DNA of 64,000 bases from Takakia lepidozioides (taxonomy: Eukaryota; Plantae; Bryophyta). Of this stretch, positions 22,956 to 35,430 are shown one piece after another. Position numbers and translations under genes: made by a program. The notes under the pieces are model-generated. The model worked only from the letters and a program-made list of their open reading frames with translations. It did no database searches and was not told the origin of the DNA. The stretch is taken from NCBI GenBank assembly GCA_030704615.1, contig CM060734.1, positions 47,306,001 through 47,370,000 on the forward strand. Reading direction: 5' to 3'. Positions within the stretch are counted from its first letter, which is position 1, and each line of letters opens with the position of its first letter.

Positions 22956-23884
22956 CAGTGTTGTGCGGGTTCTCTCTTTTTAAGGAACCCACCGGGTCCG
23001 GGTACGGGTTTTTTTTCGGAGCCAAGTCCGGGTCCGGATCTGGGTTTTTGAAATTTGGAAAATCCGGGTCCGGGTTCGGGTCCGGGTTTGTCAACACGGA
23101 CTCGGGTTAGGGTCCGGGTAGTTGTTGGGAAATATTAGCGAGTTCACGGGTTCGGATCCGGGTCCTAATTTATTGATTAAATAAATTATAAAAATAAGAT
23201 TAATTAGGGATAAAATTATTTTTGGCTGGAAAAAAACTTTAAATCTTATTTTAAGAGACATTCCTTCAAAATATACCATGAATATGAATATGTATACCAC
23301 GAATAAGAATTAAAATAGAAGTTTGAGTTCCATTTTCTATTTTTCAATATCAATTCTTTAAACATGTTAAGAATAGTAATATGCCTCAAGGGTAGATCAC
23401 TATAGCATGGATGTGTGGGATCTGGCCTAATAATAATATATGACGCCTCCTTTGGGAGGTGTAAATTATGGTCCCATAGGGCACAACTTTGTGACACCAC
23501 TCCGTGGATTGAACCCACAACCGCTTTTGAGGTGGTATGTGGGCATTAGCACTCGGCTACAACGTGGTGGGGCTGGCTGCTCCAGTGGCCTATCGCTTCT
23601 TGTCCCCTCCACACATATGACAAAACCTACCAGATCTAAGGTGGACCCCGCATGCCCCATCTAAAATTAAGACCCGGACCCTGACCCGCTACATTGGCCC
23701 ACAGGTAGCAACGGGTTTAACGGGTTCTGGACCCAGGCGGGTCCAGTTCCGGGTTCATTTTAGAAATGAACCCGGGTCAGGGTCCGGGTTTTTTGTGATA
23801 GCACGGGTCCGGGTGCGGTTCCGGGTAACCCGGATCCTAACCCGCAGGGTACCCGCCTTCAAAACCCGGACCCGCACAACACTG
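22956..23884. mobile_element. Non-autonomous hAT element (MITE), 929 bp
   Basis: TIR CAGTGTTGTGCGGGT / ACCCGCACAACACTG. 8-bp TSD GTTTGGAC at 22948-22955 and 23885-23892. CGGGT/ACCCG subterminal motifs. The empty site is present in the paralogue at about 42487. Confidence 0.95.
23433..23562 (-). mobile_element. tRNA-derived SINE-like sequence nested in the hAT element
   Basis: Minus strand GTAGCCGAGTGCTAA...GTGGGTTCAATCC (A/B-box-like). Related copy at 56833-56992. Confidence 0.6.
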
Positions 23885-26800
23885 GTTTGGACAGATGAAA
23901 GGTCCAGAAATTAGTCATCTTCAAACCTAAGAAACTCCAGCTCAATCGTACAGTCAATATCAATAATTAGGGATATAAGCGTAACTAGTTGCAACCAGGA
24001 GTCTATCAACTTCACAATTTCGAAAAATCCTTGTGATCTTTCCAATCACATAATGGATATCAAGCTTATAGGGCTCACCCCCTAAAGGGAGCAGTAGTTG
24101 CTGCAAGGTGAAGTGGCTTTTAGTTATGCCGGCCTAGGGGCCAGAGTCTTCTCTCTCTAGACATCAAGCTCAAGTAAATTAATAATGGGATAAGCTCAAC
24201 TCACTATGCACATTGGAGCACCGACCTCACGCCCACCAAGACTTTTGGAGAGAAACGCTCACGCTGTCACCTCCACATTTGCTTTGCGCATGATCAGCTA
24301 GTTGAGCGCTCCAGACGGCTCCTGTGGAGCCAAAGGCTTAGGCTATCACCTTCACATCATTTGCTTTGCGCACATTGCCCCAACTGGGCCAGGCATGATC
24401 AGGGCATGATCACATTGCTGATCCAACTGTGCCACCAAATTAATTATCAGTCAAACAGCTCAACTCAATGCGAAAATTGCTCCAACTGAGCATCGACAAA
24501 CGCAGTGCACATCGGCCGTTCTATCATCTCTCCAACCATCGCTCGAGGATGCAAACTGGTCTTGGTAGTTTTAGAGTCATTAGCATCCGCGATTGATAGA
24601 AATCAAATCCCAGAACTCTCAGTCTCGCAGCCATGCCAGACTGCAGTTTTGGTTTGTGAATGGGCTGGTTGAATGGATCGATCGTGAATCCTTGATTTAT
24701 ATGGATCACGAAAGAGATCACACGGGACTGGTTTTTCTCTACTTTTTAACAGACTTCAAAAGATCTCAAGTGACACGCTGCAAATAACCGAACTAGTGAA
24801 AATTAAATCCAAACCAGTGACCACTGTCCCAGTGTGAGGCCAGCTCCTTTTTGAGCCAACAAGTTAAAATGATAATAACATGGAGACTCTGGAAAAGTAA
24901 AAATTCAACCTGTTAAGGAAAATCCATATTGCACGATATTCAGTTTTATGGGTTTCGAATCCACTTAACTTAGTTACACCTTACCATCATACCAAAAGTT
25001 TCCTTCCACGTAATTATCATTCTGGTTAACTAGCATTTGTTTTAGCAGAATCGCAGATTGATCTGATTATTGCCTCCGAGTCAACATGGATGGTAGAATC
25101 CAACAACAGTTTGACTCTTCAAATCCCTGATGTGGTCAATTCCAGCAATTCTACTTATTGAGTTGGAAGGCCAAGTTCCCTAGAAGATTATGTGAATAAT
25201 TTGGAAAAGTGAAAAAGTATGTTTTGCTCCTTTGATAAAAAGGTAAGGTTTGTTTATGGAACGTCCAGCAATCTTACGGAGTCTACTGGCAATGGGCGGT
25301 TGAAGGCACACATTGAACCCCTCCTCATGCACCTGTTCAAGTGCAAATAACCGAACAGAACTGAGTGAATACCTGTCAATGGCAATAACAAACTGGCCCA
25401 CAGCAATAGGACAGGTGGCGGGTCCATCCTGGTGGGATAGGCACCTGATATTCCACCACTGGCAGATTATGGTGAATTTTCCGGCCTTTGTACAAGTAGC
25501 TCAGCCCGAATAACTTTCCCTAAATAAAACCAAGTCGAAGAAAAAAAAGCAAAACAGAAAACATATTGAAGTACACATTACCTAATATGATACATGAAGC
25601 CGCTATCTGTTGTGTATTTGAACTTTTTGCCATCCACAGTTATTTACCATTAGGTACCCAATCAGTGGGATTCGGTATTTGGGGGCGTGCCTCTTGGGAT
25701 CTTTTTAAAGTCTGAGCTAAGAAAATAAGAGAAAAAGCCCTACCCGTGTGATCTCTTCCCGTGATCCCTACAAATCAAGGAAATATCAAGGATTCACGAT
25801 CGGTCCATTCAACAAACTCGAACCAAAGCTGCAGTCTGGCATGGCTGCGAGACTGAGAGTTCTGGGATCTCTTTCCTGATGACTGTATCCCTACCGCGAT
25901 GTGCAGGGGCGGCATGCGAGCAGTGGTGAAGGTGATAGCCTAAGCCTTTCCCTCCAAACGCGTGTACTCTGCCTCAGTCCGCCAGCGATGGTTGGAGACA
26001 TGACAGTACGGCGATGTGCACTGCGTTGTCGATGCTCAGTTGGAGCAATGCTAGCTGCCTGACTCATACTCAATTTGGTGGCATGGTCGGTGGCACAATT
26101 GGATCAGAAACGCTGATCTACACCCTGAGCATGCTCTTGCAGGTCGGTGCAGTCTCATCGCAACGTGCACAAAGCAAATGTGAAGATGACAGCGCCATGA
26201 GCGTTTCTCTCCAAACGTTGAGCAAACGTCTCGATCGTTCAACAACCTGATGCACTTGGTCGGTGCTCCGACTGCGCATAGTGGGGAGTATTAATTTAGG
26301 CTGGGCTTTGATGTCCAGTATGTGCATGAATTTTCGAAATTGTGAAGTTGATGGACTCAGGTTGCAACACGTGCAAAGAGTTGCGCTTATCCCAAACTGC
26401 TTAAGTTGAGCTGGATATCCACTCTGTGATTGAGCTGGATTTTCTAAGTTGTGAAGATGACTAATTTATGAGCCTTTCGTGTCTCACTTCAGAAGTTGCA
26501 TGTGCACTGACTGCTCACTGGTTGCAGTACTACCAGTCCTTGCACTTTGATATTGACACATCTAAACAAAGATTGATTCCACAGCAGAGTAGGTCAAGAT
26601 GAACCAGCCCCCTTGCCACGATTGTACTTATCCATGATATTAGCACATCTGTGTTCAAAGACCAATCGCAGGGTGGCACATCTATGTCCACAGACTAATT
26701 GCAGTCCGGCCACCAGCTGTTGGTCGGTGAATATGACCTACACTCAGGCTAAAAACATGATGGATGTGCCACGACGGCTGAACAGATTAATGCTAGACAC

Positions 26801-29635
26801 GTCTGGCAACAACGGCTTGCAGGGGCAGGCTACATGAAAACAAAGGAAAAAAACAGAAAAACAGAAAAGCGGCTCACAGGCAGCATCGATTTCACAACAG
26901 CTCTGAATCTGAGAGTCCAAGCCTTTGCTTCCAAACGCCTGTCTATGCAGATTGGAAAAGATCTTGGGGTCAGTAGCTAAATTATGCCCAGTGTGTACTG
27001 TTTGCAGATTTGAAGAAATTGTGAACTGGATTTGTTTCTGCAGGCGGATGTGACCCTGAACCTTCAGAGCCTTTTGCTCCAAACATGTGTCTCGCTGGTG
27101 GAGCCAATGCGATTATTTTATCCTAGGATACTTGCACGACTTGCAGGAGATAAGGGATCAGTACACTGTGTCGGTGCATCTATGCAAAGCGTACCAGTTA
27201 CCAGTTGCTAGTTATCGTTAATTACCTGTGCAACGAGATGCAATGTTCAGCTATAAAAGAGCTCACTTGTTGCAGGATCCCTCAAACATTTAGGGCTTGC
27301 CCGCTTGTGGGCAAGCTATGATGAACTTCTACACCTCTAGCTCCAAACTCTTGTGCCCGGGACATTTACTCTGTCTCAAAGCAGTCTCTAGCTCCGTCTC
27401 TAGCTCCAAACAATTGTGGGGAACATTTCTCTGTCTCAAAGCAGTGGGTGAGCAACCTAGGATCTTCTGTAATCTCTCTATGGTGTCCTGCCTACATCTG
27501 CATGACTTCATGAACCTGGGAAAAGTTAACATTGGGTTGTATCCTCAAAGAGGATCCCTCAAAACTGTTCATGGGTGACCATACGCAGAGCACTACTAAT
27601 TGTGAGTATGGAAAGGAGTCTACAGCGGATATAGGTTGGAGCAGTCTTGCCAGTTCATGAGGAACGGGACTATGTCAGGACTGGCACTTGCACAAGGTCG
27701 AATACGGTCACAAACCACCCTCTTCTGGTCACGGCGATATAGCGAATTTGCTCGCTGTTAATTGCAGGGGGCCTTTCATATATCCGTGCCAATTGGGCCT
27801 TTGCTGCTGGAGGTGGATTGGCATTCTGATGTATACCACATGCATCTGTGTCTCTCCACCCTGCTCCCTTTGTTGTGGTATGCGACTGACCCACACAAGC
27901 CCAATAGCAAGCATGCAGTTGTGTAAGTATTCAACTATGTGTGCGCATACTCTTGAAAAATGTATACATGTGCGGACTAATGAAAAGGTGTGTGGAAAGT
28001 GGAAGGTACAGGGTAGACAACACTTTTGGCACAGCTGCTGAAAATTTCCATTGGTCTCCACATTGGAATTCTTGTGAATGATCTAGCCAAGGTAAAACCT
28101 TAATGTCCCACTCTTACTTGGTTCCTATTGTGGAAGGGCGACCTGAGAGAGGGAGAGGGGAGAATGTACTCAGAGGACTTTGGCTGCCATAGCTATGTGG
28201 CCATAGACAGAGCAAATTAAGTGAAAAGACACTACCTTTGTGAGGGGCTCACTCTAGTAGGAGGACCTAGGCAATATGAACAATTTGTTCTGGCTTTCGA
28301 CATTTCCTCTAGAAGGCCCAGCAAACTTGTAGATTGCAACACTAGGGTAGGCTTTAGGGTCATCTCAGTGATCAAGATTTTGAAAGTTTCTGAATAGAGG
28401 TGCCAGGAGTACATGTTCTTGATGTACCCAGGAACAGGGTACCACTCTCTGATGAGAATACCCTAGAGATTGTGGATACAGAAAAGTGGATATAGACTGG
28501 AAACAATTTTTGAGAAGTTTTGTGCCCAGTTCTTTGTTTTGCTCCGACAATCTTTGAGCTATGAGAGAGAGATAAATGAAATGGTGCTTTATATGAGAGA
28601 GAGCGGGTGGTGAGGGCGCGGGTTGTAAAGGAGGTACTTCCTTTGTCCCATTTATATCTTGGTATTATCTAGAGCAATTTGCAAACATTTGAGGGAGGAA
28701 CAGAGGAACATAAGTGTGAATGAAAGGAATGGGGGTTGTGACATGAGTGTGCCATGTGGAGGTGAATGTGGATGCACAAGTTTTGCAACAGAAGGAATTA
28801 GGCTCTAATGGTTAATTTCCTTTGGCCAACTTAAGAAAGCAAATTTGGATGATTTCTGCATAGGAAGGTCTATTGAGGCAAGGTCACACCAAGTACAGGT
28901 CAACACCTGTATATCCTCTTTCTTGTAAGGTGATTACGTTTAGAGTAATGTGTCTGAAGGGTTGAGCTAATGTCGAGTACTTGGTAACAGGATGTTGTGT
29001 TGTAGTACAGATGAGGAGCTGATGAGGGCAGTAACACCTGTAGCTCCTTCAAGAGGGCTCGGGTAGTTGGATCATATGGTGGTTGAGTGTTGATCTGGTA
29101 TGGCTCAGGTGTGCGTGCAGTAGCCTCATGCTCTTACCAGTGATGAATCAGTAAAACTTTCGATACAGATGTTCTAATATGTGTTGTCTGTCAACTATGT
29201 TTCCCTTATGAATTTGGTCTCCATCTTCTCTCTCACCATGGCTGCTGACTTTTGATAGGAGATTCAAGTTTGGAATATCTGAGAGTGGTGACTTTAGACT
29301 GATGAATAATCAGCATGCCAAAGGCTCTAAGAATGTACCTAGTATGTTTGTTAGTATGCTCTACGTTAGGCAAGCTTCATATTTGGCAAATTCTCTCGGG
29401 CATGTTATAGGAGGTTATAGGTAGTGATTACCTATGTGAAGATTTGTGACTGAATGAATGAGTTGTTGGTTGTCAAGTTTCTCTAATGCTACAAGGGAAA
29501 GCAGAAGCTTGCACACAGATAGTGAAGAAATTGTTGATCTCCATTCAGACCTAAAATAGCTTTGGAGTTGGACAAGAGTGCAGGAAGGTGCAATTGCTCG
29601 ACAAGTATAGCGGAGGATCGACCACTCAACTCGTA

Positions 29636-29727
29636 AAAAAAGGTTGCTGGTGGAAGCTTGAATGAAGAAACGTAATAATAATATTATTATTACGTTTCTT
29701 CATTTGGGCTTCCACCAGCAACCTTTT
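29636..29727. repeat. Near-perfect spacer-less palindrome (about 92 bp) at the junction of a ~190-bp tandem duplication
   Basis: AAAAAGGTTGCTGGTGGAAGC..AATGAAGAAACGTAATAATAAT | ATTATTATTACGTTTCTTCATT..GCTTCCACCAGCAACCTTTTT. Confidence 0.9.
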
Positions 29728-30426
29728 TGCAGATCTCCATTCAGACCCAGAATAGCTTTGGAGTTGGACAAGAGTGCAGGAAGGTGCAATTGCTCGACAA
29801 GTGTATCGGAAGAATCGACCATTCAACTCGTAAAAAAAGGTTGCTGGTGGAAGCCCGAATGAAGAAACGTAGCCTTGTGGCCACTAGGTCCCTGTAGTTT
29901 TGCAGTCTACCTAATTTCTTTAAGCCTTGATGTGTTTGTTAATGCCTTAATGCGTTAATGTGTTTGTTGTAGCCTTGTGGCCATAGGCCCCTGAGGTTTG
30001 GGCTGAACAAGAGCAAACAGACACTATGAGGGGATTCTGACCTGAAATAGCTTTGTAGTTCAACAAGAGTGCGGGAAGGCGCAATTGCTCGACAATTTTA
30101 GTGGAAGCATCGACAACGAGTGAACTCGCATTTGAAAAGAAGGTTGCTGGTGGAAGCTCGAATTAAGAAACGTACCGAGGTCTTCGGTAAACGTTCAATG
30201 CTTACGCTTCGGTAAACACGTTTATCAATGCTTACGACAAAGGCTAGAGATTGGGTAACCTGAAAAATTGTAGGGCTCTAGTGGTCAAGCATGACACGTA
30301 GCGATTGAACGCCCTAGCATTTGCGTAGCCTTTAAAGGTGGATGGCAGCAATTTGCCACTGATAACGACTTGAAGATGGAAGATGTGACACCTCGACGTC
30401 GACTTTCTCTCTTGCGGCATGGGGCA

Positions 30427-30640
30427 TCAAAAATTCCAGTATTGTTGAGTTGTGAGAGCGCTCATCTTTTGCACACCAGTTTTTATGTCAAACAGCTTGA
30501 CTGAAAACTCCGACTTTCTAATCGGCGGGAACACTTGAAGACTATCTTCCATCTCCATGTGGTTGTCAGCAGCAAGTCCCCTCCACCCATCTCTGAAGGC
30601 TACACAGTGTGTAAGGGTGTCCAATTATAAGGTCCACTTG
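30427..30640 (-). pseudogene. B3 (REM/VRN1-like) DNA-binding domain fragment
   Basis: FRDGWRGLAADNHMEMEDSL-VF...SEFSVKLFD matches the B3 C-terminal GW..F..DN.L..GD..VF....F.V..F pattern. Second copy at about 47040-47210. Confidence 0.6.
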
Positions 30641-31519
30641 CACCACTAGTCCCTTCCAGTTTCATAGTCTGCCCAATTTCTATGCCGTAAGAATTGATGA
30701 ATGTGTTTGTCGTAGCCTTGTGGCCATAGGCCCCGTGTCGAGTTTGGGCTAAAAGAGCGACAGACACTACGAGGGCTTCACTCGAGTAGGTGGACCTACC
30801 TTGGTATAAACAATTCCTGGCCGCTTTCCAGGTTTTCTCTTAAAACCCCTTCACACAAGCATCAGTTTGTTGTGTGTGAGCTGCCCAACAATTAGACCCC
30901 AACAGGGTCAGGGCGTAGGGCATTAGGCTCAGCCTTAAGATTATAAACAATGGTCTACTTGGTCGCTTTCTGATGAGAAACCCTAGACATTGTATAAAAA
31001 ATGGATATTGTCTTTGTGATGTCCACACATTGGGCATTGACAATCTCCCTCTTCTCTTTGCATCTGTTCATTGTTAGACTCCTACCCCTAGTTTAAATTT
31101 TAGTTAAGTGCCGAGGGTAGATAGGCCTTTCAGATCATCCGTAATGACCTCACATGTCACAAACTTGAAACAAGTTCATGGAAGTCTTATGCCTTTGTCA
31201 TACAACGATTGAGCTTTACATTGCTCTTTGGTGTCTATGCTTCTATCTTGTTGCACTAGCTAGTGTCCCCTGGGCCTCTGTTCAACAATCTCGTAAAGAA
31301 CCTTGAAATGTTGTTTCTTGACAAGGTTGTTGGGGTCCCCACTTTTCGTTTTCTATCTTCTTTTCGTTCTCTTGTGTTCCATAAGCGCTTTGGGTCCCAG
31401 GCTGGACATTATAAAGTTGTTTTTGTTCTTCTTTCTCACTAGAGCTCTTATTTGGTGCCTTATACACAGTTCAGGTCCTCATTTGTAAAGGCCCAAGGAG
31501 ACAAAGAAATACACAGAGA

Positions 31520-32357
31520 AATGAAATGAAATGAAATGAAATGGTGCTTTATAACGTCCGCGGAAAGCTCGTAGAGCTTATGGGACAAAATGGAAGAAAA
31601 CATGAGAGAGGAACAAATCCAGAAACCACAATTAATGTTCTAGCAATTGTCTAAGGGTGAAGGCCTCGTGTAGGTAGGCTACCACACATTTTTGATCCTC
31701 ATAGTGAAAGACATCAGTGAGAGTTTGGGTTCCACTGAATAAACAGTGAAATCTCCCATGGATCTCGTAGTATAGAGGGCAGTAGAAGAAGAAGTGTTCT
31801 TCAGTTTCAATTTCCTTGCTGCGCCCTATGCAAGCTGGACATAGGCGGTCCTCCCGTTGCAGGTTTTCCCATCTGCCAGTCTCTATCCGTAGTTTGTGGG
31901 AACCCACCCTGAACCGCCCCAATGCCCTCAAGAGGGAGGAGATAAGGGTGCTGAAAGGTAATTTGGTCTCAAGATTCTATCATCGCGGAGCACCAAGAAT
32001 GTCTCTCGATAGAAGTGGAGCTTTGTCGTGAGATTGGGTAGCATCCAAGTTCTCTTGACATGTAATTCCATAAGCTCTCTCCGAATGAGTCTGTTGCGGT
32101 CATGTCTGGATGTGATGTCCACCTCATCTGGGTTCATTGGTAATAGGAAAGCAGTAGAAAGTCCGTTACGTTGAAATAAACTGTCCACTCGAGCATACCA
32201 GGAGTTCCTGAAACCTGCAGCATTGAGCCTCATAGATGTTGTGAGGGCCCTTGCCACTAGCCCTTTGGGTGGAAGGGCCTGCAATCTATGGAGAAAGATT
32301 GTAAGCCTGAAGAGGGCCTCGGATTGCAATGGTCTGAGATGGAGTTGTGCTCCTGGA
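31520..32357 (-). mobile_element. 5'-truncated non-LTR retrotransposon (RTE/RTEX-like) with C-terminal Zn finger and (ATTTC)n tail
   Basis: RFRVGSHKLRIETGRW...RLCPAC...ETEEHFFFYCPLY. Tail reads (GAAAT)n on + at about 31518-31542. Absent from the paralogous site near 54510. Confidence 0.85.
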
Positions 32358-35300
32358 CAAAGAAAGAAAAAGAAATGGACTTTATAAAATTCATGGGGAC
32401 CCTCAGTGGGGCAATAGGCCTGATATGATCAGAATGAAATTTAACCCTTTTGTCTTTGTAAACAGATTGATGTGATCAGTAGAGACAATGACCCCTTCTA
32501 CTCCACTGGATAATATGTTGAATAGAAGGAAGGACCGAGAAGGAGGGGGTGTCTGTTGGTCGTTCCCTGGAAGGAAGATGTATGGTGCTTGTTCATTGGC
32601 TGGCCTGCAAGAGATGGACAGAATGGTTTCCTGCACTTCCAGGGAGAGAGATGGGATTTCCTGCAGAGAAGAGGACGCTTACCATGGATCTCTGGCAGAC
32701 TAAGAGAAAACAAAGCAAGTGATACATACATACTGATGAAGCCTACCTCCTTCGCAGAATGAGCGATGAAGACTGCAGAGGCGGCTCTTGATGGCACTGA
32801 AAAGGGAATGCTCTCGCTTAATTGAGGCAGATGGCCCTATCTATTCACGCACATACTTCATTCTTACAGTTTCATCCAGTCCATCTACACAGAATCCATC
32901 CAAATGATACGACGACATCCATCTGAAGTCTATCTACTTTCGTTGAAGCCATTCAAGTGTTTCCCGTTGGTTCCCGGGGAAAAACAGGCTGTTGCCTGTC
33001 AAGTGTGGGGCAGATGACTGGCTAATGCCGGTGGTAGGAAGGGTTCCTTGATGCGTAGTGCGGGCGAAAACGAGGATGGACGCAGGAAGGAAGGAACAGA
33101 CGAGTGTGGATCGTAGAGAGGGTGCCAGGATGCAGGGTTGCGTTGCCCGTGTGCCCGCCCTAATCCCAGCAGAAGACTGAGCATTTTGCTTTAGAAAACA
33201 AAGGTGTCTAGCTCCAGTTTGGCAACGATGGAGGCCACCCTGAAGGTTAGTATGTGCGCACGAAGTTACCACAAACAATGCTAATTCTCTGACTGATCAT
33301 GAATGGCTATCTGGATTATGTCATGGAGTATACCATTTTCCATGACCGGAGAAATCAGCAGAAAAGCCCTGCTTTGAGGGGAGGCCTGCATGCATGGACA
33401 TGAAATCTTTGTTTTGAAATACCTTGCTTTCGAGTAGCCTCTACATAGAACACAGAATCGGTTCTTATAGCAATTCGCTCATTGACGTATATGTTTCGAA
33501 GGGCAGCCTGAATAAATGGACTTGAAAGTCTTCTTTTGAGATGCCATTAGCACCTACACACAGCATTCGATTAGTTCTTGTATCAATTCAAGCTCATATG
33601 TTACTTACCTTTTCTTTGCGCTTCACCAGCGTAATTTTGTCCTTCTCTCCCAAATTGAATCCAAGTCAAACCTCGTATCTATTCAAAACAATTTACATGC
33701 GTATGCTTGCCTGATGGAGGGCGAAGGGCAGCAGATCAAATTATGAGAAGGGGTTTTAAGAATGAATGTTTATATCTTCTCCTGCCACACGGGTTTAGGG
33801 TTTATTGGAGATCTTTGGTCAGTTTCCTCTCGATCGGATGATACTGTAAAGCATGAACGGAGTTGAAAAAGACGGACCTTGATATGTCAGAGTTCATCAT
33901 TTTGCACAAAAGGGTTGGAGAATGTGGTAGCTCGTTATTTTATGCAATGTAATCAGAGTATGACACTTTATCGGAATGAAGGCTTGCACAATGTTCGTAA
34001 TTGTGGTGAAATTGGGCTGAGTGTGCTTTCCCTATCCTGAGTAAAGAGCTGGTGCCTTTTCTCATTTACCGTGATGCCTTCACCAGATTCAGGTTATTGG
34101 AATCAGTGCAGATGAACAAAATGTGAGGTATGAGGTCAAATGTACCAGATTGACTTCCAACTGCCGGTTGCCATGACGACTAAGCAATCCTTTCCTTTCA
34201 GAATGTGGGATACAACCTCCTTTTGGAATGGGCGGAAAGATGAATACCCAAAGAACTCCTGTTAATCACAATAAGACAAAGATAATGGCGGCCGCCTGAG
34301 CGCTGCCCTTGAATATAGGAGATAGATTATTTCTACTTGCAATGAACACATGCAGCCAGTGAGTGGGAGTGTTGAGAATTTACACTGGCATAGTGTTATT
34401 CAAGTAGATTAATCTCAGGATTAGTGTTAGTGTTTACTCCTCCAGGCTGTCCAAGTAGACGATTTAGCTAGTGACACTTGTCTTTCACTTGGACCACCTA
34501 TTTTTGAAGGGGGGGGGGATTTTCCCTCCATGCTCCGCTGGTGGGATCTACATAGGCTGTAGATTAACGTAGTGATGTTGTCTTCTTGTTGAACATGTAA
34601 TGCACCATTGTGCTTCTACGACTGATCTTAAGCAAAAGACAAAGCTCATGCATATGAGTGCATCCTTTGTTAATCGTTCTTTGTAGCATTTCAACAAGTT
34701 ATGGGCCCACTCCTCGCAAGTCGTTGTGGGGTAGAGTTTGTGTTTTCTGTATTTCTAGAATAGATTAAGAAATAACAGACAACATGAGTGTATCAGTTGT
34801 TTCCAAGGATATTGCAAATGTTGAGAAGTTCACCGGTGATAACTTCTCTTTATGGAAGTTCCAAATGCAGATTCTATTCAAAGCCAAGAAACTATGGATG
34901 TTAGTGAGCGGATAGGAATCGAGAGAGACAACCAAAGACAAGGAAGCGTGGGATGACAAAGATAGCATAGCTAGCATGTATATAGTGCAGGCGGTTGATA
35001 AGAAACATCTACAGCAACAAATTAGCTGCAATTCTTCGATTGAAATGTGGTCAAAGTTGATCGCAATACACGAGCAGAATGCCAGTGAGAACGTGCATGT
35101 ACTCCAAAACAAGTTGTATCATCTCCACATGGAGGAGGGTGATAGCATAGCAAGTTACTTTAGTAACATTGAGATGATGGTGAGACAGCTCGCAGATCTA
35201 GGAGAGAAAATTCCACAGTCAGCAGTGATGGCGAAAATCGTATGTACCCTGTCGCCTAGCTATGAAAATGTTCTTGATGCCTGAGACAGTGTTCCAATGG

Positions 35301-35430
35301 CTGAAAAGACATTAAACAATCTGCAAGCAAGATTGCTCAAGAAGGAGGCCATGAGAAAAGCAAGAGGAGGAAATGATCATGCTATTGATAAGGCTTTCTT
35401 TACAAGGAACCTTGGAGGCAAGAGTGCTAC

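Larger units (their letters stand above)
22770..32730. repeat. Copy 1 of a locally duplicated ~10-kb mosaic unit (contains an internal inverted duplication)
   Basis: Blocks match 42270-47210, 53440-54720 and 54730-56220. 23900-24760 is an inverted copy of about 25780-26520. Confidence 0.8.

Noticed and set aside
22831-23110. PDPDP / GSGSG repeat proteins
   Set aside because: Translations of hAT subterminal CGGGT repeats.
23480-23562. tRNA gene (also 56920-56992, 51760-51830, 20730-20770)
   Set aside because: Only A/B-box-like motifs; no convincing cloverleaf or terminator, so SINE-like or TE-derived.
32700-34300. Possible host gene exons
   Set aside because: Scattered splice-like sites and short ORFs, but no recognisable protein or consistent gene model.
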